Positions 1 through 10,969 of a DNA stretch of 64,000 nucleotides are shown here, piece by piece (position 1 is the stretch's first letter; every line of letters starts with the position of its first letter). The notes under the pieces are model-generated. The model was not told the DNA's origin and ran no database searches. It saw only the letters and a list, made by a program, of their open reading frames with translations. This DNA is from Phoronis australis (taxonomy: Eukaryota; Animalia; Phoronida): the NCBI GenBank assembly GCA_002633005.1, contig NMRA01000370.1, forward strand, positions 186,001 to 250,000, in the 5' to 3' direction. Both the position numbers and the translations under genes were made by a program.

Positions 1-195
1 CAACGTCTGTCTCTGCCATGCTCCAACTGGCTGACCCAGTTTGCTGTGAGGATGAACAACACAGACTAGTCTCATTAGGCTTATTCTCCAAAGGCTGGTC
101 TGTCGGGTGGACTGGTTCTTCGCAACAGGAGGCGCTGCTGTCCTTCTTTTCATCAAGGTCAAGTCGCGGCAACTTGGACGCTGGACCATCATCCT
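1..195 (-). CDS. Putative coding exon 2 of a gene running off the left edge; possibly the N-terminus of a PUS7/TruD-family pseudouridine synthase
   Basis: Stop-free minus frame (E)DDGPASKLPRLDLDEKKDSSASCCEEPVHPTDQPLENKPNETSLCCSSSQQTGSASWSMAETDV(G..). A phase-1 acceptor (..tttccgctgaag) fits the phase-1 donor of 963-993. The terminal AETDV(G) resembles the ExDVGIT motif that opens the PUS7 catalytic region, but the window ends there. Confidence 0.45.
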
Positions 196-962
196 CTTCA
201 GCGGAAACAGTCACAAAGTAGTACATTACAATTCTTTGACAAAATATCACTATTAGACCAAATAATGGAACTTTCATAATTTTATTTTGCCATTCGCTAG
301 AAGTAAACCTCATCTTTGAACTCGATGTTTTTCGTTCTACAAGTTAGTACAAACACATAGTTTTGGTGTGTTTGAGTGCAATGAAATTAATGCAGATGAG
401 TGTCTCGTCCAACAATGCACTTGATGACCCCTAGCTAAAAGCAAGTCACTTATGAACAAGAACCACTGTTTCCCAGGCATAAAAGAGTAAATTTTCTTAC
501 TAAGAAATTTACTGTGACACTGACAAACACTGGCAGTGAACAGGTGGATTTTTCTACGATATTTTCAGTTTTAAGAGTTGATATCCAGTTTAGAAATGAG
601 CAGTTAAGAGAACATTAAAAAATGCTAATATCAAGTGGCTGCAAGTTTTTGATCGGACTATTAACAATCATCCAGACAAAAATCTTGCTTGTGGCCTGGT
701 GTTGTACCCTAATCTTGACTGACTTGAGTCTAGTTTTCGTGACTTTCTTGACTTGAAAGTTGAAATTATGGAGCAAGAAACAGATTGGGGACCTCTTGTC
801 AGTCTTGTCAGATAATTTATTGCAGTAAGTCAATAGAAGCTGAAATTTGGAAATTAACCGACATTAAGCAAACTTTAGTAACAATGACATCTCATAAAAT
901 TGTCTAAATAGAGAAATTAGCCCTCCTAGGCATATAAGCCCTATATATAAAATTAAACTTAC

Positions 963-993
963 CAGAAAATGCTTCGCTCATGGGGGACGCCAT
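963..993 (-). CDS. Putative first coding exon (MASPMSEAFS) of the left-edge gene
   Basis: Minus strand reads tgacgtcatttcccataATGGCGTCCCCCATGAGCGAAGCATTTTCTG|gtaagt: ATGGCG start, consensus donor GTAAGT, and a CRE palindrome just upstream. Confidence 0.5.
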
Positions 994-1200
994 TATGGGA
1001 AATGACGTCAAGGTTAGCATTCAACAGAAATATTTAGCTTTATCAGCCCTATTGTGTAAATTAGTTGTCTAAGAGCTTCATGACACCTAACCTACATATT
1101 ATGTAAATGATGAGGGAGTAAGTGCATATATAGCTCGGTATTAGGATTAAATTTATTGCAATTGAATAAGTATTATAAAATACCTGTAGTGTACAAGACT
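994..1200. promoter_or_regulatory. Short divergent spacer between the Pol II gene and the tRNA gene
   Basis: TGACGTCA at 1003-1010; TATAAAA at 1174-1180, about 25 nt upstream of the tRNA. Confidence 0.4.
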
Positions 1201-1317
1201 GTCAGGATGGCCGAGCGGTCTAAGGCGCCAGACTCAAGGATAATCCTTGCCTGAAGTACAGGTTGTGGGCGTTCTGGTCATCGAATGATGGCGTGGGTTC
1301 GAATCCCACTCCTGACA
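1201..1317 (+). tRNA. trnL-CAA: tRNA-Leu(CAA) with a 33-nt intron (1239-1271)
   Basis: Acceptor stem GTCAGGA/TCCTGAC plus discriminator A; D arm TGGCCGAGCGGTCTAAGGCG; anticodon stem CCAGA/TCTGG with loop CT-CAA-G|intron|T; long variable arm CATC-GAAT-GATG; T arm GTGGG-TTCGAAT-CCCAC. Confidence 0.96.
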
Positions 1318-1321
1318 TTAC

Positions 1322-1326
1322 TTTTT
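1322..1326 (+). terminator. Pol III oligo-T terminator
   Basis: TTTTT 4 nt after the tRNA 3' end. Confidence 0.75.
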
Positions 1327-1662
1327 CTTGGTGCAACCTGTTTTAAAAAATTGAAACATACAAAAACATTATCAGTATATTTGTGTCTAACTAACAAATG
1401 ATAAGCATAAAAATAAATACAAATTGAACAACTGCTAAAAGTTATCGTACTGTTTGCGGTACGCAAATCGGGTGAGAATCGTAACGTCTCTGTTGTACAC
1501 AAGAGATCTTTTTGCGCATTTAAAAGATGAACCTTGAATTTTTTTAACAAAATTCTCATTTTTATTGTTTTTGAACCCAGACATCGAAACAATCGCATGA
1601 TGGCCTGCCAAAGTCTCCCATTTATTAGGACATATCATTGTTACCTGATCAAAATTTTGGTG

Positions 1663-1761
1663 CTCGCTGGTCCCCTACGTGCCTCAAGCCAGCTTGCTGG
1701 CTACTGACCACCTAGCGGCACGCTGGCAACCAGCGAGAATTTTGGTGTTGCTCTCTGCCAA
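1663..1761 (-). repeat. Hairpin-forming dispersed repeat, homologous to 12772-12865
   Basis: Internal inverted repeat CTCGCTGG..CGTGCC / GGCACG..CCAGCGAG. The reverse complement matches the insertion at 12772. Confidence 0.6.
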
Positions 1762-1883
1762 TCTAAATAATTTTTGAAATTTGAATCACAATTGAAAATT
1801 CCATGTCCTGTCTAAACCATAAAACTTTGACGGCCAATATTACTTGGTTTGCGGTCGTGTCGCCGTGGAACACAAAACTCTAG

Positions 1884-2033
1884 TCCTGGGTAGAGTTCAG
1901 TAATGTTTAGACCTACGTTAGGACCTTGCTAAAAATCAAGACTTCGCGAGATTTCATGAGATATTGTCCTGAATTTTGAATGAGAACACGTGGATTTTTT
2001 AGCCGCGAGACAGCTACTGAACTCTACCCTGGA
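1884..2033. mobile_element. 150-bp MITE-like element
   Basis: Terminal inverted repeats TCCTGGGTAGAGTTCAGTA / TACTGAACTCTACCCTGGA (18 of 19 match); no clear TSD. Confidence 0.6.
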
Positions 2034-2062
2034 ATGTCCAATGAGCGATACGTAAATCTCAA

Positions 2063-2101
2063 TGGGAATGCCAACTCCCTTAGGTGACCTAAGTGTGCGC
2101 G

Positions 2102-2183
<82 letters not shown>

Positions 2184-3472
2184 NTGATGCAGTTTTTTTT
2201 TTTGTTAAATCGATTTCTGAGCTCTGATGCTTTCTGTAATATTCACTTGTACCAGTGAAATTCCCCACCATCCCACCACACCATTAAAATGTGCCTTCTG
2301 CTTTTTGACACACGGCGAAATTGACATATTATCATATACTATGTTGTAATTTCCAACGCGACATGGCCCTAAAAATTAAAATGGAATGTTTCATTGGCTT
2401 TGGAGCTCCCGCAATTTCTCGTTTGACTAAAACAAAAAAGCTGTCGAACACTTTTGGGTGTTGCGTATCCCGGCCGTTCGCCAAAAACGCTGTTCGGACG
2501 TGCGTCTTGGCTTAAAGTCGACTATCCCGCTTTTTATCCGGAAGTCCCGCTTTTCAATGCAGTTGTCCCTATTTTCATTCTCAAATATTGACCGTGGCCA
2601 CTATGCAGCACGTTTCTCTTTGTTATGAATATTATCATTTTCCAGAGTCCACTTTCTTTAATAGCATAACCATTGTAAAAATGTGTTTCGATGTCTCGTG
2701 TTTACAGTACAAATATCAAGATCGATAATTTTTACTTCCTCAACAAATGAGTTTATTTTGAACCTTTCATAGAAAGTCCTACACTGCAACCTTTGTAATA
2801 ATATAGCCACAGCACATTTCAAAGCTACACGAAAGATGTTTGCCTGTTCTTATCTATCAGGAAAACTTTATCAGCAAATTTCGGAAAGGCAGTTGAGTTA
2901 TTAATTTATTCACAGTTCTTAAATGTGACTGTATCCTGAACTTTACTGTAAAATGTAATTGTGTCAAACGGCACGAAAGATCCAATTACTATATAAAGAT
3001 GTACAATTCTGGATGAATGCAGGACTAAATTCTTCATACTAGCTGTAAGATATCCATATTCTAAAACATTTGTTTAGACATTTTAGAACCAATGAAATTA
3101 TTTCCGTGCTGGTTTAACTAGTTATTTATTAGGCCTCTGAGGTTCATTCCCTTTTTCCATTTTACTGTCACACCTTGTTGTTTTTCGCTTTTTGGCGACA
3201 CTTTCGGTTTCCGATTAAAAATATTTCAAGTCTGTCAGGTATGCGAAATGATAATTCCTTCTGTTATAACCATACATCATCAAGAACTAATAAATGGCTC
3301 TCTAATGTTCTGACTCTTTTGTAATTCGGTTGAAATACGGCGAAGTTGCGAAAAATTTTAGTGTCACAGTAGATGCCATAGTAAGAACCAACCCGGAAGA
3401 AACAAATGCAAACAGATTCCCGTGCATGCGCGGTGCAACCTCAGCAGCGTGAGATCGAAGTTGGCATTCCTG
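2063..3472. mobile_element. Possible non-autonomous hAT-like element
   Basis: 12-bp inverted ends GGAATGCCAACT / AGTTGGCATTCC(TG), resembling CAGG..TGCCAACT hAT termini; TSD not evident. Confidence 0.4.
2106..2184. repeat. (GT)n microsatellite
   Basis: About 39 GT units ending at an N. Confidence 0.97.
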
Positions 3473-4429
3473 CAACTGGCTACAAGGCTAGAGTTCTATG
3501 AAACGAGATCGCCCGTAGGACGTGAACGGTGTAAAATATTTCAGCCAATCAGTGTTTAGAAGCGAATAGTTGTGATTTGCCAAACTGTTAGGTGTATCAC
3601 TGAGATGATACCGAGTGTGGAACTAACAGATTTTTTAACTAAAGCCATCTTGTAGAACATCAGTGTTCTCCAAACTAAAGATCTCTTATCAGTACTGAAG
3701 AGGTCTAATGCTGTGTACAAGCTCAACGTGCCAGTGTGGCCAGTTTTATGTAGGCTCGACAACTGCAACACATCATTCTAAAAGTGACAGCAGCGCCCCC
3801 TGTATTCACTCTAAGTTACCAGAGATTACACTTATCCTTAAGAGTGTTGTGAATAAGTTTAGATTGGCCTGATCATAGAGAATCTTCCCATGTTGAGATG
3901 AATGCTAGGGCGTCACTGAACGGTGAACTCACCCATAGCATGTGCAACACCGTTTGTTTGCAGTACAGGTTTTTGCTAAGTTTCGCGTCTTTAGCTCAAG
4001 TAGAAAGAAAAATATTAGCTAACGTCTGGGGCCTGTTTCGTTAGATTCACCTTGTCTAATTTAAATCCAGAAGTGCCTGTTATCGATTCACTTTTGGATG
4101 TTGACGTTGTTTAGCAGGCTAGTCACGTGTTGCGACAAATGTATCCTAAACCACCACCACCTACTTTGACTGTAGCTTGTATTTGTATTTGTATTTGTTC
4201 TGGAATTATCCAAAACCCTGAACACTGAGCTCGCGTGTGACAAAGCCAGGAGTACTTATGTTGAAGTGCCAATACATTCATCCTGTCGATTCTGCAAAGA
4301 TTAATTTTATTTTCCAGTCAAGTTAATTTTCCCCGGTTTTGAGTGATGCTATGTTAATTTCCGTGTTTACACAACATAATGTAGATGACGCAAATATATA
4401 GGCATTTACCTTTTCCATCAATTGGAAAA

Positions 4430-4900
4430 CTTGTCACTAGTATTCTGAATAAAGTATTGTATAAGTGGATCGAAAATAATGGTAAAGTTTTTGAACGTCA
4501 AGCTACAGTGGACCAGATATTTACTTTGTAAGCGTTATTCATTGACTTTTCAAAAGTTTTCGATCAAGTACCACATATGATTTGCTTTTTTCATCGAATT
4601 ATGTACATTGGTGTCCATGACATTTAGTAAATTCTGCGAACAATGTACAGCAGCTGGGATCATGTGCTGAAACACGTGGTAGTTTAATAGACTTCTTTAG
4701 TAAGTGTCACTATTGGCGTCAGGGATATTTACGCTATTTGTTTATATATGAAACTTAGGTTTCAGAAAAAATCGATGCGAGAAGTATCAGTACCATTTGC
4801 TTAAACAAGCTTGCTACAATAAGTCACTGTTGTATGTAGATGACATAGTTATGTGGTTTCTAACACCAATAAACTTTCAACAAATGTTGAACTGCCAAAG
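4430..4900 (+). mobile_element. Degraded non-LTR retrotransposon (LINE) reverse-transcriptase fragment
   Basis: Ordered RT motifs interrupted by stops and frameshifts: TVDQIFTL, ALFIDFSKVFDQVPH, SLLYVDDIV (LYADD-like). Confidence 0.75.
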
Positions 4901-7509
4901 GCCTTTATCACTAACGTCGACGTTTTGGTGTTTATGGGAGCGACGCTCTGTGAGAACGCTTTTAAGCGTTTTTAAAAAAACAGTTTCTGAGAGCACCTAC
5001 GGGTGATTCTACATCGACCGTCACAGATTTTCCTGAAACTTTATGAGGGCTTGGTTTACCCCTAGATATGCACTAAGTCACATTTTGATTTTTCTGACAC
5101 TAGTTTTTATGCTGATGTTGCAAAAATGGCTTTTTCGACATTTATTTCAGTAAAAAGCTGCCAACTTTGGAGGACTATTAGGACTTAAACTTTAGGTATA
5201 ACTATTATTTTTTTCTGTGAATGTATCAGACTTTAAGATTCAGAAACGTTTAATATATAAGATGGATATTGGTACTGGCTTTTCAAAAAATTGATAATTT
5301 TTGCGAATTTTCAAGGGACTGTTTATGGCTATGATGAGAAAGCGAGCAAATGATATAGCATGTGTGAATATGAAACCAATGTGATTTGATAGCATTGGGC
5401 TAGTTTGGTACATACAGGCAAAGTCAAAAGGATGGTCATTGTCCGCTTAGTAGTTAACATGCACCTTTACCGAGTATACAAGTACCGTGCACTTTTTGGC
5501 TACTCAGATAGCCTACAGTGATTACACAGCAGTTTTTTTAAAAGAGGCACTACATACATCAACATCACGATTTGTGTACGGAAAGCGAATTTGAAGGTAT
5601 TTCTTTGATTTAGAGGGTTTTGGAATCATCGAAAGCCTGAGAAGGGGGATCGGGTTNNNNNNNNNNNNNNNNNNCCCCCCCCCTTCTGTTAACATTATCG
5701 ATTTTTCTAGTCTGATGACAACATTCACTTCAAATTGGTAGTGATGGCGAAGGGTATGGGACAACAGTGAAAGTGGTGATGACGGTGAAGGTTCCGGAGG
5801 GCGACTTTGGTATCTCATCAAATTACAAAAGACAATTATACTCATACATCGAAGTCTGCGTGTATAACACAGTGTTACTCAGATCAGTCCCTAAAGTACA
5901 CCACATCAGAGCGTAACGTGTAACTGAAAGAGAGTTGTGTACTTAGTTCAGCGACAATACATTTTACCCTAAACAACTGTTGGAAATGTCTGCTTGAGCG
6001 GCCACTTTTAAGCAGTCCATTGCCATTTGAGTGTCTAAGCCATGATGGGTGGACATTTTGAGCTCTACCCAGTGCATCATTCATAAGTTATTATCTATCG
6101 CTTGGCAAATTGTGGCGTTTCAAACCTTGCTCAACCTTGCTTATGTGCCATTGTGCAGCTTTTCAAAAAATACACGATAGGCCTACCTACACTGAAATTG
6201 ATGGCAGGTGAGTGTATTTTTAATCAGTGAGGACAGGTCTTAAAATGCTTTTGGGCTTAACTCCATCGATAGTTACACTACTTTTGTCAATAGAAACCAA
6301 TTGTAGGAAACGACTCATCTGAGATACGACCACCTAAGTACCACTCCCAGATCAACGAACACCAAACCCGCGATTTGTGGTTCAGTTTCCTGGACTTTGG
6401 TGTCCCGGTATGGATTTTGGTCATCGGGTATGGGTTATTTTCGCCCTGTGTGGCCGGAGTTTTGGATTGCTGGCAGGTCTGGGGATGGGGTGCAGGTTAT
6501 TGATGCTAGAATTTAGAGGTGCGGCTATGAAATTCCTTCAGCCATCTGGAGATGAGTCCGAAGGAAAGAATACACGTGCCGTTCTTTTACAACCACCGTG
6601 GAAGCACCACAGACTTGTACGTCCCGAAAAATGGAAAATTCCAGAGAATTAGACAAAAAACAATGAAAGTTGTTGTCATTGAATTTTCAGTTGTAACATT
6701 GATAAGTGCATGGATTGCTCAGTACACGTGATTAGATTGCAAGATAGACAGTAAACAAATGGCCTGGGTTGATACACAGTTTATAAAGAAAGTCGTTCTG
6801 AATAAAACATGGCGACTGTGTTCAAACCGACACTCCCTGATACAGAGACAGACGTGAAAAACTACTTTCAGCGGAAATTCAAAAACTTTGTTTGCTTTCA
6901 ATGCTACAACAATGCGCTTTCTGTCCAAATAACGTTCTTTTGTGTTTGGTTTAATAATCGTACACAATAAAGGTGAGCAAAAATCAAAAGTTTAAATAGT
7001 TTAATCGATAAATGTTTCTTTGTAAAGTTCAAATAAATACCAACGCCTTGTTTTTAAGTACAATTTGAACATACGTTTCCGGAAATCAAATAACACAAGT
7101 ACCGAGGTCCCGGTAAATAATTGACCAAATCAAGTTTTCGTATTCATCAAGTTGTGCAGATGTTTTAACCTAATTAGAACTATGTACCCACAATGAAAGC
7201 GAGTTTATTGATAAAATGACATAGTGTGAATATGAGTCACAAATATTCAGGAACGTGCACTTTAGATGAATGCTCTCTTTAACTTTTTTTATCAATTTTT
7301 GCTGTTAGTTCGTGAGATTTTCTATAATTTTCGTGAATTGTAATGTAAAAAATGTCAACAAAATTTGTTTTTCAACATTTTACAATTATGATAGCCGATT
7401 CCGGTCTTAGTTTTGTTCATATGAAATTTATGAGACGGGGCTACGTATTGCAAGATCACACTATCTTTAGTCGCGAGATCCTTGCATCTACGGAACGCAT
7501 TCGGGGTTT

Positions 7510-7650
7510 CCGGCGCAGCGTAGGGGGATGGCGGAGGGTTATAGCCCCCACTTTTTTCAGGGCTGCACCACCCATTGTATATGGGCGCTGCACCACAGGG
7601 GGGCTGCAGTGCTAAAGCCCCTCACTTTTTTCAGTGCTGCACCGCCCATG
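7510..7650. repeat. Two adjacent degenerate copies of the ~70-bp CATGGG..CCCATG mini-element
   Basis: GCACCACAGGGGGGCTG..AGCCCC..CTTTTTTCAGTGCTGCACCGCCCATG matches 10901-10969. Confidence 0.6.
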
Positions 7651-7825
7651 AATTTTCAGTGGGCTTGCGCCACCCACCTGATCAAGAAACTTTCTTCTGT
7701 CTTCGAAACGGTCATCCTGTGAACATCTCATTGACTGGGACTGAATACGGACTATATTTGCATATAGTTGGGTCGAGGGGCGCATAGATGACTTTTGTTA
7801 AAAGAGAATTGTATTGGCGTTATTA

Positions 7826-8752
7826 CAGTGGCGGATCTAGGATATCACAAGGGGGGCCAACATTTTGTCCGGCTGTAAGCATTTGCGTCAACCACGATTG
7901 TAGATGCGCATAGCACCGAATGGGGGGAAGGTCAGGAATTTTTTTTGTTTTTTCCTCTAAAAATCAAGCATTTTCCTTGATTCCTGAAGTATTATCCAAG
8001 AAAGAAAGGAAACAAAAACAAAAAACACGGAGAACGAGTTAAACAGGAAAAACTGCAAGTATCTCGGACTCGAACTCACGACCGGGCGGATAGAGCGCGC
8101 GTCCTTTACCATTACACCACACGCTTTAACTCCTGACGTGATATAAGAGACCTACTTGTTTATGGTCCAGAGCGTTTGCACGCGAAACCTACTTCTTTTT
8201 GTAATGCTTATTACACGTTTTATATATCGTGCAATCGGTTCTTAACAAATTTGTTGTATTTAAAATAGTCTTCAAATGCCCAAAAGACCAAATCCGTTTT
8301 TCGTGTTGGCAATAATGACGGGATTGCTTTGGAAATAGTCTTAAGTTAAGGTTTGACAAAGAGAGAATTATTAGCTTCTGAGTGATTCACTAAGGCTTCG
8401 ATTAAAATTCACATCTTACCAGCAGCTTCTGTTTTTTCATCGTCACTCAGGTTCCATTTCCTTTAAAAAATGAAGTAAATTTTCTTCATTGCACAGTGGA
8501 GTAGTAGTGCGCAGCGCCACTGCCGGTCGCCTGGGATATCGCGGGAGAGCTTATAGTTAGCCATAGTTCCGTTACGAATGCGCCGTGTTCCGAATTTGAC
8601 ACTTGAAATTGGATCTGTTTCATCCGTATAATATTAATTACCGGGGTTAATTGATAAACTCAACATTTCCCTACGCTCTTGCTGTTTTATTTTTTGAGGC
8701 AGCCAGGGGGGGGCGGCCCTCTGCCCCCCCCCCTCCCCTAAATCCGCCTATG
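7826..8752. mobile_element. 927-bp non-autonomous TIR DNA transposon with 5-bp TSD (TATTA)
   Basis: Ends CAGTGGCGGATCTAG / CTAAATCCGCCTATG; TATTA at 7821-7825 and 8753-8757; the empty site is visible in copy B near 22981. Confidence 0.85.
8059..8124 (-). ncRNA. tRNA-derived Pol III head (SINE-like or pseudo-tRNA) inside the DNA transposon
   Basis: A box TGGTGTAATGG, B box GAGTTCGAGTCC, TTTTT just downstream (8048-8052); no proper cloverleaf. Confidence 0.55.
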
Positions 8753-10496
8753 TATTAATCGGCAGATAAATCTACCAAGTAGTAGCCAACACGTGTGGGA
8801 ATGTAAATAGTTGGTCTATGAATCCCACAGAGTTTGTTGTTCTGTATACTTTGCGACCCCATGGTTATCGCCAGGAACTGGCTAGGAACTGGCGATAACA
8901 TTTGAGTGAACATTTGACATCAAACCTGGAACATCATCGGAAACGGTCTTGAATCGTTTATGATTACACGGGTGTTTCCGATTTTAATAAAACATCTCGA
9001 CATTTCTTTTAGATACGTGGCCTTAACACATACACCCAAACATTCACGCATACACGCACGCACTCACACACACGCACATGATATACCGACAACGATTTTA
9101 TTGCAGTCAGTAACTGATTGTCTCAACCCGTGAGGTTGTTGAAATATCTTTCGTTGGTCACTTTCTCTTATTGAAATTTCCATGCAGCTACAGGAGGTTT
9201 TGGCTCATCCGGGCATCTCGTGTATTTCCGTAGCCTCAAATCACCTATATGAGGTGTTTCATATCTACTCATTTGTGAAATTGAGCTATTTCAGCAGAGG
9301 AAATTGGTGAAGAGATGCTTTAAACCATTTCTTCATCCAATCAGGTCCCAAAATTTGTAGGACGCGACGTCATTCTCAATCGAGTCCTCATTCTGTCTGA
9401 TGACGTATTGTTATATCTTTTATTGTGAGGATTTGACGGTGCATTCCACACCATTCTCTGTTTTGAGACATACATTACTTACTGTAATGATTGAAATTCG
9501 CACATGTGCAGACGTGAAACACCTCCGAAGAACAATTTGAGGCTACGAAAATACCCGAAGTGTTTCGGATGGTTATGGTTTGTACGTTTTACTTTATCCG
9601 GAACACCTCGTTTATTTTCGTAGCTTCGGTATAAAACCAAAGATACTATATCAATCTTTGATAAAACTTGTCTCGCTGGGGGTTCTATTGTAACCAAGGG
9701 CAAGAACGATATGATGCTGCTTTGGAGGACCCAATACGCCTGTGAAGAAAGTTGTTTTTCGCACTACCAGAACACGTTTTTGCTCTTGTAAAACTGAGTT
9801 TGTCAAAGTTGTTCCAACGAAAGGCACGTGTGTATATAGTTGCCTGTTATTCACGGTACAAGACAAGCTAAGCACAAGGGACAAACTGCTGCGGAACCAG
9901 AATAAGACCTACGTTCTGCTCCAGTTATTTTTTGTTTCTTACTTTTGCACTGGACAAAGATATTCAATTGTTTACAAAAGCAGGCGACGGTTCGCTGCCA
10001 TCCACGTTCCATACAGTAAATATGTATCGATCGAAACCACAATGATTTAAAATACGCTGTACGTGTTTAGAGTATTTATTTTAGCCGGCATTCGCGCCAA
10101 AGTATGACAAAAAAGTTGTCGCATTCATCGTTATCGCTTTTGTTGACACTTCGGTGTTTTTTTCTAGGATTTGTCTTCCACTCCGGTGAGTTTATGTTAT
10201 TTTTCCATACTAACGCCCCCGAAAGTTCTGAGATAGCATAACTCTTCATCAAGCTGTGTACCCTCTCTTTTTGCTCATAATTTCCAAAAATCGAGAAACC
10301 GAAATTAATTCGGTGGTATGTGGTCAAAATAGAATGCTTGACAATTTTGATAAGTATCTCAGAGATTGCGTCTTATGGAGAGAAACCCATGGTTTTAAGA
10401 AGAAAACGTTAGTCAAAATAGCAAAGTAACGAAATGGTTGGTAGTGGTACACTGTTTCAGAAGGATGGGCTCGGATCCAAATGTTATGGTTACGTA

Positions 10497-10686
10497 CATG
10501 CGCGCACCCAGCCTAAAAAAATGGGGGGGCTCGAATATTTGAGAATCTGGACCTTATACTAAAACAAACAAAAAGTGGACTTTTTACTAAAAATGAGGTA
10601 CTTTTTCTCACATTTTTTCTCTGAGGCGGACCGTTTTGCCAACTTCGCCAAACGGAGGCCCCCGAGCCCCCCTGGGTGCGCACATG
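10497..10686. mobile_element. 190-bp MITE with an imperfect 5-bp TSD
   Basis: TIRs CATGCGCGCACCCAG / CTGGGTGCGCACATG; flanks ACGTA / ATGTA; absent from copy B (near 24690). Confidence 0.8.
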
Positions 10687-10900
10687 ATGTAGGACCTTAG
10701 AATAATGTTCCAATTTGGCTAATTTCGGAATATCGTATCTTAGATACGGCTGATCGAATTCATTTGAAACTTTCAGATAGTCTTATTCTTCATGCGCTGT
10801 TCTCAAAAAGCAATGTCACAAATTGTTTTAATAATTTCTACCTTTACATGAAGCGGTATCAAATATAAATATTTTGTTTCATTTTTTGGACATGATATTG

Positions 10901-10969
10901 CATGGGTGGCGCACCATAGGGGGCTGAGGGCTATAGACCCCAACTTGTTTCAGTTCTGCGCCGCCCATG
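10901..10969. mobile_element. 69-bp mini-MITE with 5-bp TSD (TATTG)
   Basis: TIRs CATGGGTGGCGCA / TGCGCCGCCCATG; TATTG on both sides; also present in copy B at 24892-24962, so it predates the duplication. Confidence 0.8.

Noticed and set aside
615-840. Minus-strand ORF as an exon of the left-edge gene
   Set aside because: Joining in phase 1 gives an early stop, and there is no recognisable protein similarity.
2089-2271. HT-repeat ORF
   Set aside because: Translation of the (GT)n microsatellite.
8059-8124. Functional tRNA gene (also 55466-55540)
   Set aside because: No 7-bp acceptor stem or proper anticodon arm; kept only as tRNA-derived heads.
9479-10050. ORFs repeated in both duplicate copies (also 11796-11999 and 25783-26058)
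   Set aside because: Similarity is explained by the segmental duplication; frames are broken by indels between copies.
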